A DNA stretch of 54,173 nucleotides, counting the filler, from Jimgerdemannia flammicorona (taxonomy: Eukaryota), in the NCBI GenBank assembly GCA_003990765.1. It is 3 parts of 3 records of this genome, joined end to end, with 100 filler letters (N's around TTAATTAATTAA, not from the genome) between each part and the next. Parts side by side here need not be neighbours in the genome. Positions count along the whole stretch, not along the records: positions 18,096 to 36,086 come from RBNJ01002339.1; 2 more parts are not named here. One strand, 5' to 3'. Position numbers and translations under genes: made by a program. Positions 23,091-36,186 of the stretch are shown here, piece by piece. The notes under the pieces were generated by a model, which was given only the letters and a program-made list of their open reading frames with translations, was not told the origin of the DNA and did no database searches. How positions within the stretch are numbered: the stretch's first letter is position 1; the number at the start of each line of letters is the position of its first letter.

Positions 23091-26000
23091 ACTTGGTAGC
23101 AGTGGTTTACAATCTAATTCTACTTCAAGATGCTTCCTTACCCTGCTACAAACCCCTCTGTGAATTCTTACAAATTAGTATAAAGCCCAACCTCTGAACT
23201 GGAATTTATCCTGAACTATCTGACAATCTAGAGAGAATTGAACCTGACATACAAGGACAATTTGACCTCCACACCTGCAACAAGTGGAACAAACTTCATT
23301 TGAAGAAAGAATTACTCCAGTTAAATCAGCAAATAGGTGAAACCCTATTCACTGAACTCCTTGCTCTACACCCAGCAAGTCAAGATGAAGAAGGTCTTAT
23401 AGAAGCCTTCTTTACTCTTCTCAACAAGAGTTTTGTCAGCTCCACAAATCCAAGTGACCTAGGATAACCAGCAGCAGTCTTTCTAGCTTTAGTTCCTCAT
23501 GAAGCCCAAGCCTCTGTAGCTAAGTGGCTCAACTTTACCAATTTTCACCACACCAGGACCAAGACTGCATTATACTACTGATTCCAGAACAGCAAGGCCC
23601 ACCATATTCTCAAAGAAGAAGCAAGAGAAACCCTTCATCAACTACCTAATCCTGAACCTGAAGCAGGCCCTGCTATAGCTCTACCTGAATCTGAAACCAA
23701 TACTGAAGCAGAACTTGACTTTGAATTAAGTCTATCTGAAATCAGATATACAACTGATTCTGTCTACTTTGACACCGAGCAAACCCAATTACACAAGGAC
23801 CAAACTGAAGAAGAGGAGAAGTATCTCAGCGAATTCGATCCTGAATACACCACTGAAGGAGAAGCACCCCATCAGGACAAAATACACCTACACAGCAACA
23901 AACAGCTACCTATTGAGCCCTCACTCCAGACCCACAACTATTACTCCAGCAACTTATACAGACTCAAAGAACACTCTCACACTCTGCACCAGTACCTCAA
24001 GTAGTATTAGTAACACTACTACCAGCAGTCTAACCACCTCTAGTAAACAATATGGCAAACCAACAGATTCTTGACCTCACAGCCCAGGTAGCAATAATGG
24101 CAGCAACCATTACTGCCTTAGCCAAACAGACCTGATCTACCAAAAATCTGAGCCTACCTACCTTCAATGGTACTGCACAAGAAGTCCAAAGCTTCATTAG
24201 TGTAGTTGATACCAACTTCGAAGCCAATCAATGGACCAATGAGCAAGTTGTTGACTGCATTCTAACAAACAATCAAGACCACACTCTGGAACAACTCTTT
24301 GCTACCACTACAGCCTATGTCTACTGAGTTATTATATTCTTCCAAGGATCTGCTGAAGAATGGTGGTGAACCCTTTCTGAAAAACCCCTCACATGAGATA
24401 CCCGACCAGCAGTAGTTGCTCAGAATGCAGCAAACAATATCCCAGGATATGGAGCCCATCCTGTAGCCCCTGGACTCAAACAACTCATGATTGCTCAATA
24501 CTGCAGCAAAACTATGATTGCTGAATCCCAAGTAAAACTCTACAACCTCAAATTTGATGTATATGGCAAAGAAGAATTCAAAACCTTCTGTACAAAACTT
24601 GAGTCACTCCTGAACACTGTTGGCCTAGGATACATTGCCAATGATGAAGTATGAAATGGTACAAGAGCAGACCATTTATTCGATACACTGCCTGAATGGC
24701 TTACTAGAAAAATCCGAGAACAAGGCTGCCTAGTTGGTTGTGACTACCAACAATGGTGCCTAGCCAGAATCAAGACTATGGTCAAGCGAATCCTAACAGC
24801 TGGACCAATTCTGCCCTGAAGACAATTCAACAATAAGGAAAAGACTTGGACCAAGAAAGAAGAACCCAAGCATGAAGCATTCTGAGCTTCCTCTATATCC
24901 TCCTCTTGGATACCCAGAAATCATGAACCCACCCAGCTGAGTACCTTCAAGAAACTCACTGAAGGTGAAAGGAATGAACTTCGAAGAAGCAGAGCATACT
25001 TCTATTGCTGAAAGACAGGACACATGGCCAGTGCCTGCCCTAACTGAAAACCCCAAACAGCAACACAAGCAACTGTTACCACTCTGCACCACCTCAACAA
25101 CCTGACCACCAGAATACTGGACTTTGTCAAGTTAAGACAAACTGCTAAGGCCCTAACCAAAGGAAGTCAAAAAGCAGCTGGATATGACCTATATGCAGCT
25201 GAAGAAGCTACAGTTTCCAACCGAGAAGTCAAACAAGTCTACATAGGAATCAGTATCCAAATCCCTGAAAGACATGTTGGAAGAATATGCTGTCACAGCA
25301 GCCTAGTATTGAAAGGACTCTCAGTAGAAGGAGGAGTCATTGATGAAGACTATACAGGCAAAGTCATTGTCCTCATCCGAAACCACAGTTGGATATCCTT
25401 CAAGATCCCTATTGGTTTCTACATCGCCCAGATCCTATTCAAAAAAATCGAGTCAACCCTGACAGTCAAGAAAGTCCCTAAACTACTACCTACCATCTGA
25501 GGATCCAAAGGATTTGGCTCATCAAATAAGACCCCAGCCCAACCTACTATGAGCAAAGAAGAATAATTCTACAAGAAGATTGAAGACGGATATGTATCAA
25601 GTGGCCGATGCCCTCATGGCATTGGAATGTACTCTTCCTGAATAATTGATGATTGCTTCTCTTGTATCAATGAACCGGCACAAAGAAGAACCAACAGAAG
25701 AAAGCCCCTACAACCGAAATCACCACCATTGGATCAGACAAACTACTTACACTTAAAGCTTTTGTCAACCGAGCACCTGTCAAGATTATGATAGATAGTG
25801 GTACCTCAGGCAACTTCATCAATGAAGAAATAGCCAATAGACTTAAGGTCTTCATCTCTCTGGTATAACAAACCCAAGCAGTCACCACAGCCGATGGAAC
25901 CTCACATGTTATTAGCAAGAAAGTCCACAACCTACTCTTTCAAATTGGAGACTATCAAGTATATATTACCCTCCAAATTGTACCACTTCCTGACAATGAA

Positions 26001-26481
26001 ATTATCCTTGGAACCTCATGGTTGAAACAAGAGAACCCCATGATCGATTGGATAAACCATTCTCTGACCATCAAGAAAGGACACCATAACTTCAAACTGC
26101 AAGGTGAAAAGGACCCACTCAATTCTAGTGACTCTGGACCAAAGATCACCCATATCAACAAGCTACAACTCAAGAAATTGGCCAAGAAATGCTCTCTTTT
26201 TACTATCTCCATCTGCACATCCAAAGGAGAACCTGAGAACTCTGAAGAAGACTTTTCCAAAGTTGACAGCTGTGTCAGACCACTACTCTAGAAGGTCTGA
26301 GACACATTTCTGAACTGAACCACAGAACCACCTGTATCTGTCATTAGTAATGACCAAGAAGAATACAAAGTTGAACAAATCCTCAACAAACACAGCCACA
26401 AGAATCATCCAAATGGTACAACAACATCAGAACAAATTAGAAGGCTCTGATGAGGATGTCGAAACCTAAAAAGGGGAGAGT
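23091..26481 (+). pseudogene. Internal region unit 2: gag-CCHC-dUTPase-protease, no RT/RH/IN
   Basis: Colinear with unit 1. dUTPase ~25123-25521, PR DSG ~25794, same deletion junction ~26306. Confidence 0.9.
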
Positions 26482-27976
26482 TGTAAGCGTACAATCTCTA
26501 AGCCACCAAAATCACATAGCATCCTCAGAACTAATTTGGAAACCACATGCAAGACTACAAAACAAGTTACTGAAGAGATCATCTGGTTACACGAAATATG
26601 CTAGCAAGCATGAGAACCTACTACCAAGATACAAGAATACTAGAAGAAGTACTACAACCACAAGACTAACTCCAAACCACTATAACTAGTTTAGTGTACT
26701 GTACTATTACAAAAGAAAACTGAAAGTACCAAACTCAAATCAAGACAAAAATAACCCTATCTCATCTACCAAAAGGTTCACAAACTGTACTTATTAACTC
26801 AAGATCAAGATATACTGTGACTATACAAGACCTCATTACTTAGCAGAAGCAAAATACATTTGAATAACTCTATTCACTCTATCTGTGTCACCTCTGTTGG
26901 AGAGTGACAGATACTTCATCTGAACTCAAGAAAGCTGACAATGTTGAAACCAATCTCAAGTCATCCATGTGACAGATATTACTATTAGAAATTGCCTCAG
27001 ATTACAGAAAATATTATTTCTGAGAGATTTGAACCTCCAGCTACAACATTGGGAGCCCTCGCCCTAGACGAGAATGGCCAGTCCTCACAAATGCGCCAGC
27101 AGACCAAAAAAAAAAAGAGAACCAAGATCTGTTATCCTTATACAACCATCACCACCAAGGACAGCCTTAATCTTGCAAGAGATAGAAGTAACAATATCTT
27201 GAAATTGATGATATCAGAAGTCAGAAAACTGCTCAGACTTTGCCAGTGATGATATCATCAATAGTGATATCATCAAAGACTAACCAGACAGCACCTAAAC
27301 CTATAAATAGCTTAGCAGTCATAGTATAGTTAGATTAGCCTTATATGATATAACTGTGAACTAACTCAGCAGTCAGATGATCTCTTGATATATCAGATCA
27401 CTCTTGTACTACGTGACTGCATTCTGACTCAGCAAGGTACTTAGTGCTATATTCATATCTAGCATAGTCCAGATAGCCCCTCACTAGTATAAATACCCCC
27501 TCCCCCAGACCTCAGAATCTCAGACCTGAACAATCTGAATACAACTCCTGAGTACTTCCCCATAATATCCCTTTACCCAACTACTCCTAGTATAGCAATA
27601 TCATGAATAGTGAATAAACCTATTTAATAACCCACAAACTATTCTTAAGTAAACCCGCTCTCCGTTAGGTCCCACTCCTAACCCTGTTATGAATTTCCTA
27701 ATTGGGTATTATCTGCAGTGATATGCCAATTCAACTAAGCTAGCCTTAGTTTCTTGAACTTCCTGAAATATGGAAAATCCTGAACATCCAGAACTAGTCC
27801 AAGAAAGGACTTTGGTTGAGACATCAATCTGATCTTGAAATCAATAAGCATAGAGGATATACTCTATACGAAAATTGATCTTGACCATAAGAAAATGGTC
27901 TTCCAGAACATCCAGAACTTCCAGAAAACTCTTCCAGAACTACGTAATGGTTACTCTAAAAAGCAACCCTCTTACA
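26482..27976 (+). repeat. 3' LTR of the array (1495 bp, variant U3)
   Basis: TGTAAG...CTTACA, PPT upstream, non-PBS flank downstream. Confidence 0.93.
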
Positions 27977-29150
27977 ATTACCATAGCTATTTTTATAACT
28001 ATCAAATATCAATAGATCTCTATAGAATTACTCTCTATTAACATATAAATTTCTGAAGACTCTAATCCAAATAAAGTCCAATAATATCTTGAAAGAATTC
28101 AATATTTCCAAGTTTTTTACTACTAATAAGAATTGAAGGAATATTATAAAATCAGACTACTTATTTACTAATAAGCAATTCTTAGCAAAGTCAAGCAACT
28201 ATTTTATCTGTTTATTGATAACTATATCTATATTATTATAAAAAGATTATATATTCATTTTTATACTCAGCTCTAAGTTTTCAACCACCTCTGTAAAATA
28301 TCTCTTAAAAATATTATCAATCTTACTAATAAATACTAAAGTAATATTATCTTCTAAAGTAGTCTAGTATATAGTCCTCTAGTTTGATAAGTACTTGAAA
28401 TTCAGTACTGATCTTAATAAGTAGATTCTGATAAAGAAGGGAAGAATATAATAGTTTATTATATAACAATAAAACTACAGACCATTTTATTACTTTTTAT
28501 TTAAAAAAGAGAAGAATATAATAGTTTATTATATATATCAATAAAACTACTGAAAATTTCAATAAAATTTCCAATAAATAGTTATAAAATATACTAATAA
28601 GCTACTGAAATTTCCAATAGAAATTTTAATAAAAATTCTAACAGATTTCTAATGAGTAGTTATAAATACTATATAGTATAACTATATATAGATATATTCA
28701 ATATACTATATTTAGTCATAGCTTTGAATCTGTATAATATCCTCTATACTGAGTATATTGTAATCTTAGCTCTGCTTTTTTCCAATATAAGAATAAAGCA
28801 GTATTCTTATCAAAGAATCCTCAGATCCAACTTATTAATAATTTTGAACCTAATCAATTTAGGATACAAGTACAGCACCTTTACCAGCACAAGATCCTGA
28901 AAGTGATACTTAGACTATACTACTATATAAAGCAATTGAAACTTAGTACTTCCTTACAAGAACTCAATAGTCATCTTGATTATCTGTAATATATTATATA
29001 ATTCTATCAGCATATAGTTTTATTATATAATTCAAATTAGTCTTAAAGTTAAATATTAATTAAAATCAAACTTATATATATTCAAGGTCTTTTATATTAA
29101 TATTTTTTAATATTTTCCATTCTAAGTTTTATTTATCTAGAGATAATATA
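27977..29150. other. AT-rich, CpG-free eroded repeat of unidentified origin
   Basis: TpA-rich. ~40-bp duplication GAAGAATATAATAGTTTATTATATA...CAATAAAACTAC at ~28441 and ~28511. No recognisable protein motif. Confidence 0.45.
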
Positions 29151-29666
29151 TATTTGACACCCATTGAAAGTATCATGTGTAATGATATCATTTTTCTTTA
29201 TAATTACACCCCTCTTTTTTATATGACGCAATTATAGAAATTATAGAGGGACGACAGTACTATAGTTAATTGGAAGATGTCATGTGTTGAAACCTCTATT
29301 CATGTTTTCTAGGAATCAAACAAGGCATACCCATTTCTCAAGCTCGTTACACACTTGCTCGACACCTTATCATTCACACATACAAGCACCAGAAAGGATT
29401 TATTCCGCGCAAAGGCCCCGCAGGCCAAAATCCGTCCTTACGACACGCAGACAGGGTTGCCTCGTGCTTTGATCCGATTCGATCCGAGTCCGATCCGATC
29501 GCGTCGGCGGCCCTGCTGGTGATTAGATTGAACCAAACGACGTGTTTATATACAGCACAGCAAGGCGAGGGTCGTCAGGACACGCACGTACCGTATCATG
29601 GGCGGACATCCAACGAGCCCTCGAATTTCGCAAGCATAGATTATATGGCACTGAATGCAGAGATAA

Positions 29667-29668
<2 letters not shown>

Positions 29669-29760
<92 letters not shown>
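29669..29760 (+). repeat. Poly(A) homopolymer (92 nt)
   Basis: Seen directly, ~230 bp beyond the TRF4 stop. Confidence 0.95.
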
Positions 29761-29761
<1 letters not shown>

Positions 29762-29991
29762 AGAAGATACTCAAAGACGGGTCCCTTGTCCGACCGAGAC
29801 CGCCTCGTTACATAGAGAGTGGCAAATTGGTTATATACAAGAGCAATGTTGATGATTAGGAAGGTAACGCGCGCAACAATGGGACGCACCCTAGCCGTAC
29901 GAACGAGAGCGCAACGTCGCCTTTCCTGAACGCGCAATGGTCCAGTCTCCAGTCTTCGATCCCTCCACCTAGATTGCCATAAAGCGTTCCT

Positions 29992-32290
29992 CTAATCGCT
30001 CATCTCCATATCGCTGCTACAGCTCGCCGCATGTCCTGCCCTGTTCGCGTACGCGCCGCCGTTCTCACCAATCGGGTCCGCCGGGTCATAGGGGTCAGTC
30101 GCGCCAGGCTCTTGGAGCCTGGTGTCCGGTGGGGGATATATTTGCTCTTGGGGACCATTACCTGGCGAACGGATGTTCTGGTACGGCTCAGTACCAGGTG
30201 GATAAATCAGTTGAGAGCTCGTGCTATAGGGGAGCGCAGCATCCAAGTTTGACGCCGACGACGGGTGAGCATTGTTGATCGCCGTGGCACTGTTGATCGC
30301 CGTGGCGACCTCCCTGGCCCATCCGAGCTCGCCGTCATCGGTCGTTGTCGTCTCAGTCTCAGTGGCGACGCCAATGAGGGCCGTGTCCGTGCGATCGTCT
30401 TCCTCCAAGTGCCGGCGGTTCTTCGAGTCGTGGTCGTACTTCCGTATCTTCCTCGCATGCTCGTCGTTCCCATCCCTCGCGGATCTCGACCTCCCCGTGG
30501 CGTCCCTGCTACTATTGCGCCTGCGTGAGGAGCGATGGTGATCTTCACGACGCACATCTGTCAACTCGGCCGTGTCCACCAGCTGTCCCGGGAACGCCAT
30601 TGACGACCCAAGATCCAGATTCTCCACAACGCCCAAATTGGGCTGCAAGATGCGCTGAGCGAACTCAGACCGGATGTGAGCGCGGTGCTTGACAACACTG
30701 TCCGAGACCTCGATGATAGTGGCGAGGAAGGAATCCGGGTTGTCGGTGCGGTTGTTTTGCCGATCGTACTGGGTGACATGAATGAAGGCGCGGCAGAGGG
30801 TCGCAGTGAGGAGCTGATAGGCTCCGGCAAAGGTCTGCTTGATATTCCAGAGGTAGTACGAATTCCTGGCGATGTCGTTTGCTATGGTGAGAGGATGGAG
30901 GGAATGCAAGATAGGGAAGGAAATTAGGAGGTTGGACAGGATAGTAAAAAAGAGAGAGAGCGTCGGATGGGGAGTGAAACATACCTGGATCCGTAGGATC
31001 CCGCACGCTCAACAACAGCTGCTGCTGCTGCTGCCAGCCGCCGCGGAAGACGGGTTCGCGTGTAGTCCTGTAGTATCCCACATCGGAACCGTTGCTCTCG
31101 ATCCCGACCTTGAGGCCCACGACATCGTAATTGAAGGCCTTACCGTAGAGTTCGAAGAACTCGATAAGCAAGATCCCGAGGTTTTGGATGGCGCGGATCT
31201 CGCCGGATTGGATTTTCGGGTGGATCTGTAAGTGAGGAAAGAAGGTGGGATAGGGTATGAAGAGTAAGAGAAACGCGAATCATATATACCTTGATATCCG
31301 TACCAAAGAGGAATGCAAATTATGCGTGAATCGTTTAAATTACCTGCAAAAAATTGGCAAGCATGCACACAATCGCGTAGCTTCCCAACCCGCCAGTATA
31401 GACCTCATTCAGTCCCCTCTGATTTAGAAACCACTTGATGAGGAGTACCAGTTCCCTCAGCCCGCCCACATTCTTGACAAGCTCCTTGACGGCCGTGGCG
31501 GACTGGATGCCATTATTCATGTTGAAGCTAATATCGACGCGATAACTGGTGATGGACTCGGAGAACTTGATGATGGGAACTTTGGCCTTGTCGATGACCT
31601 GTGTAACTTTGGCGACACCGTCCACCTGGAGGTGGTTAGCCAGAGTGTGGAGCGGGCGGTAGCGAGGGTGAAGGTTGAGAATCTCCTTGCATTGTACAAC
31701 GAGGTCGATATCCGAGGTAGGGAGGTACAGGCGGGTATCGTAGGAGCCGAAAACGTCGACAGTGGCGGTGGGCCAGAGTCTCTGGATGCTGGTCTCGATG
31801 CGGCGGACAACGTAATAACGCATGGCGTGCTCTTCTTGGGTGGGGTTGATATAGTCCACGAAGTCGAGGATTTCTTCGTGAAGGCTGGGGGTGGAGGAAA
31901 AGGGAGATGGGTTGGGGGGGTGGAGGTGGGTTGGAAGATTGTTGGGTTGAGGAGATTTCTCAATGTGCCCACCAACAAAGAAATAAAAATAAAAAATAAA
32001 ATAAAAACATACAATTTGGCTTACCGTAGGCTCACGTTCTCGTCAGGCCTATGATAGCGGCCCCTTGCGTACAACCAAGGGCATGTACGATCTCGGCTGA
32101 AGCTGTCCGGGGTTGGGGAGCGAGACCGTTTCTGAGGGCGGGAGGTTTCGACCTCCTCTGTGTCGGAAAGCGGGAGAGCAATGTATTCCTCGTAGACATG
32201 GTTGATCCCGTTGCTCCTGGGGTTAATATTTGCTACTTTCAGGTTCGTGGTGTGCATTGTGTCCGGATCGTAGTTGCTGTTTAGTGTCAT
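29992..32290 (-). CDS. TRF4: Non-canonical poly(A) polymerase Trf4/Pap2/Cid14 (TENT4 family), 4 exons: 32290-32025, 31884-31344, 31225-30985, 30881-29992; 645 aa
   Basis: RLHEEILDFVDYI, VFGSYDTRLYLPTSDIDL, VDISFN, GGLGSYA, NLGILLIEFFELYG, DPTDPANDIA. GT-AG introns with compatible phases. Start ATG is inferred. Confidence 0.93.
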
Positions 32291-32932
32291 GTAGTTTGTC
32301 TCTCTCTCTCTCTCTCTCTGCTGTATAGAAATAGCAGCACGTAAACTGGGGAACTGGGGGGGGGAGGGGGGGGACTGTTGGACTGTTTGGGAGGAGGAGG
32401 AATAGGAGTAGGAGGAGTAGGTGTGGAGTAGGAGGAGTAGGTGTGGAGTAGAGGAGTAGGTGTGGAGGAGGAATAATTTGGCTTGTTGACATTTTCTCGC
32501 GTGGAGATGTGACGTCATCGGAAGTGTTACATGTCTGTGTCTGAATAATGATGGCGAGTTGGATGAATGAACCCTTAACGATATCGGGCCGAAGCAGTAA
32601 GCCTCATCCTTCCACCGCACAAATCATCGAATTTATTGCTCATTTTTGTGTAAATTAGGAATTTGCTTGCTGTCTGTGTACCCTGCACAGCCTGCGCCTC
32701 GACCCTGTCTGGAAAGAAAATCAAACCCTACTTTCTATCTTGTCCAAATACAATAACCTCCGACTCCCTTTCTTCCATCTTAACGCGTCCCACAAGAGAA
32801 CAAAAAATATATTCCCCCCCCCTCTTGTTCACGTCCCTGTGAACTCTCGTGTGAACTCTCCGTCCCTGTGATCTCTCGGCCTTCACTCGCCAAACCAACA
32901 CAAAGACTAAAATCCCTCACATACCCTCAACA
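32291..32932. promoter_or_regulatory. Divergent promoter/5' UTR region between TRF4 and DIP2
   Basis: Head-to-head start codons ~640 bp apart. TGACGTCA at 32510-32517, (TC)n at ~32299-32319, GGAGTA-rich repeats at ~32390-32470. Confidence 0.6.
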
Positions 32933-35900
32933 ATGAACACAATAGACCTGACACGGCTGCCAGCAAGCGTTCTTCGCAGCCTCGCTGACATCCAGCAGGA
33001 GCTCGAGGAGGGCGACATCACTCAGAAGGGCTACGACAAAAAACGCGCAAAGATCTTTGAGGGCTACCTTGCCGAACAACTCCCGACCCAACCGCAGAAT
33101 GGCGTTGACGTCCCACAAGTCGAGATCTCCGTGGAGCAACCGCAAACGTCGACGCTCAATGACGGCAAACGCTCGAATCCAAACTCGGGCCGCTCGTCGC
33201 CCCTCGCGGATGATTACGAACGGATCACACTACCATTGTCGCACTCCCGCGCTGCCTCCGATCGGGAATCGTTATTGTCCAAGCCGGAATCGCTCTACGC
33301 CGGCGAGGAGCCGCCGAGCAATACGCCCTCTCCCGCCCTGCGGGGCCAGGATTCTGCCACCGAAGAGGTCGAGCGCATCTACTTGCATACGCTGGAAAAA
33401 TCGGGGAGTGACGGTGAAGAGACGTCAAGGAAGCTGGTCAAGTCCGACGAGAATGAACCAGCAGACCGGAAGGGTCGGCCGGCGCTCCCCCCAACTATCA
33501 CCACAAAGGTTCACTCGCGATCAAGCTCCAAGTCCAGCATCAAAATGTCCATTCAGTCTCCTCCGCCCTCGGGCCCTTTGCCCGACATCCCAATCGCCTC
33601 TCCGACTCCATCTGCCTCGGTCTCGCCCACCCTTGCCGCCACAACACTGCCCCCCCAACCCCAGATCCTCGTCCGCCAATCCACAGCCGACTTCCAGCTC
33701 GAACCGCCCGCCGATGAGCAGCAGCAGAGGCAGGTCCCGCCGGGCAGGCCTGAGGCTGTGGTCGCGCAATCGCTCGCGCACGAGGTGATCGAGCGCGCGC
33801 TGAACAAGACGAGGAGTTCGACCGAGCTCAGGCACAAGGGCAGCGCCGACTCCCTCAAACGTGCCGTCGCCCAGAGAAACTCGAAGGAGCTCAGATCCAA
33901 AGGCAGCATCGAGTCCCTGAAACGACCCGCAGCCCACACCCGTCCCGTCGTCTCCGCCCTCCGCCTCGACACCACCACCGACCAATCCCTCCCTCCCATC
34001 GCCCACCCGTCCCCCCTCCTTCCTGAAAGCATGATGCTCCCGCACGCCAACCACTACGTAAATCACCCGCACGACCTGCCCCAACGCCCTCCTCCGCACC
34101 GCCCCCCAATGGCCATCTCCCATTACCAATCCCTCCCCGCCGTGCGGCCTCCCACACCAGGCGCCTCAGGCGGTCCCGTCCTTCTTCAACGTCCCCCACC
34201 AAGCCAATACCCACCAGGGGCCTACTACCGGCCCTCGAACCCGCACTACCACCCACAAGGTCCGCCCCCACCGCAGCAAGGACCTTCCCCGGGTGCATCA
34301 CATCGCCAATCCTATCATCCGTCGCCCAACCCCGGCATCCCCATCCAACCAGGATATAGCTACTCGGTACAGCGCCCCCCACCAGGTCCATACGCATACC
34401 GTCCACCCTCATCCCCAACCTCCGACATCCACCCACCCCACCTGCCCCGCCCGCCGGGGCCATCCAATTCGTACCCGCAACGCCCGGGCTACAACAACCA
34501 CGATGCCTCCATCTACCGCTTCTCGGCCGGCGGGCCATCACCCGCCGCGCCGGGGATTATGGCATCGCCAAGGCTGGGGCCGGTGCCGTCTAACGACTCG
34601 AGAGACGGGTTTAGGCAGAGCATATATATGTCGTATTCGCAGGGGCCTGGGTACCCCCCGGGACAGGCCGGGCACATGTTGGGTGCTGGGGGAGGGAGGA
34701 GGAAGAGTTTCGATTCGAACCCCGTCGGAGAGAGAGATGACCCGGCGGGGTTGGCCAGGGCGCAGACTATTAGGGGGGATTTGGTGCAGGGTGCGCAGAG
34801 GAAGGATTGGGGTGAGTACATGGGTGGTGGGTAGGTTAAAAGTTTGATGGTGTGTTTGGTGGTATTTGGGGTATTAAAGGTATTGTGCTTTCATACCTTT
34901 CACTAGACACCGGCTCCGTCAAGTCTCTCTCGTGGGGCGGTGGTCGCACTCGCTCCGGCTCTGTAGCTTCCTCGATCAACCCTCCGATCAGCATCCGTAG
35001 CGGCAGCATCCGCCGTCGGTCCGGCTACATGAGTGGCAGCTTCCGGACCGTCGAACCCGCCCAGATGCCGACCTTCCACCCCGACGACTTTGACCCACAA
35101 GAGCTCGCCGATCTCGCTGGCCTTCAAATGTTCCCTCTAGAACCGCGCGAGATTCCCTTCCGCGTCATGGACCCGAATGGGCACACAGAGATGTCCTCGT
35201 TTTCCAACATCGCCGCCATCATGCGTTACCGCGCCCTCAACACCCCGCGCAACCCGGCTTTTGCCATTTGCGACCCCAAGGGCAAGGAGCTCGCAAATTT
35301 GACGTGGGACAAGGTGAACGCGCGTGCAGAGAAGGTGGCCCACATCATCCGCGACAAGTCCGGGCTGGACCACGGCGGCCGCGTGGCGCTCATCTACCGT
35401 AAGTCGGAGATCCTGGACTTCGTCGCCGCCTTCTTCGGCTGCTTTCTAGCCGGCGTCGTCGCTGTCCCCATCAACGCTGCCGAGGAGATGGCAGAGCTTT
35501 CCTTCATCCTCAACTCCACCGGAGCCTGGCTCGCCCTTACAACCGACCACAACCTACGCGCCTTCACCCGCGACCTCGAGGCCCGTCGCGCCGAGTTCCC
35601 CCCAAACATTGAGTGGTGGAAAACAAACGAATTCGGATCCTGGTATCCGCAGCGGAAGGGTTCCACTGAGTACCCGCCCATCCTGGCCCCCGACCTCGCT
35701 TACGTCGAGTATTCCAAGGCGCCCAACGGCGAACTCAAGGGCGTCGCCATCTCGCATCGTACTATTATGGCACAGTGTACAGCTTACAAGGGCGCGGTAA
35801 CGCCGCCGTCGGATAGGCCCTCGTCGTCGCAGTTCTCTCCTGGGCTCAAGGACGTAGCGACGCAGGGCGGAGTGGGACCCTTGGCGAATGCGCAGAGTTA

Positions 35901-36067
35901 TAACCATTCATCGGATGTCGTTGTCTCGTATATTGAACCTAGGCAGCAGGTTGGATTAATTCTCGGGGTGCTGTGTGGAGTGTTTTGTGGGAACTTTACG
36001 GTGTTCGTGAGTTCGAGTGTGATGGATACGCCGGCTGTGTGGGTCAACTTGTTGACGAGATATCGAG
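32933..36067 (+). CDS. DIP2: DIP2/Cps1/Cmr2-family protein (DMAP1-binding domain plus FAAL-like AMP-binding domain), 5' partial; exons 32933-34811 and 34907-36067
   Basis: ELEEGDITQKGYDKKR (DMAP1-binding), PLEPREIPF, LTWDKVNARAEKVA, IEWWKTNEFGSW, LAYVEYSKAPNGELKGVAISH. Phase-1 GT-AG intron. Next donor at 36068 runs into the contig end. Confidence 0.93.
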
Positions 36068-36086
36068 GTGAGGTTTTTTTTTTTTT

Positions 36087-36186
36087 NNNNNNNNNNNNNN
36101 NNNNNNNNNNNNNNNNNNNNNNNNNNNNNNTTAATTAATTAANNNNNNNNNNNNNNNNNNNNNNNNNNNNNNNNNNNNNNNNNNNN
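36087..36186. other. Artificial contig linker
   Basis: N44-TTAATTAATTAA-N44. Confidence 0.98.

Larger units (their letters stand above)
18096..27976 (+). mobile_element. Tandem array of non-autonomous family B elements: LTR(partial)-internal-LTR-internal-LTR
   Basis: Period ~4.8-4.9 kb (anchors 18109, 22921, 27807). Each internal part is PBS-gag-dUTPase-PR, then a deletion, a chromodomain stub and a PPT. Confidence 0.93.

Noticed and set aside
29284..29760. SINE or retrocopy ending in poly(A)
   Set aside because: I found no TSD, Pol III boxes or second copy.
29519..29937. Poly-Lys and poly-Phe ORFs
   Set aside because: They are translations of the A92 homopolymer.
32510..32527. Composite CRE-ETS site (TGACGTCATCGGAAGTG)
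   Set aside because: ETS factors are metazoan, so only the CRE-like half is plausible, and it is a single untested match.
33057..35907. Alternative-frame and antisense ORFs over DIP2 (likewise over TRF4)
   Set aside because: Shadow ORFs expected in GC-rich coding DNA, with no motifs.
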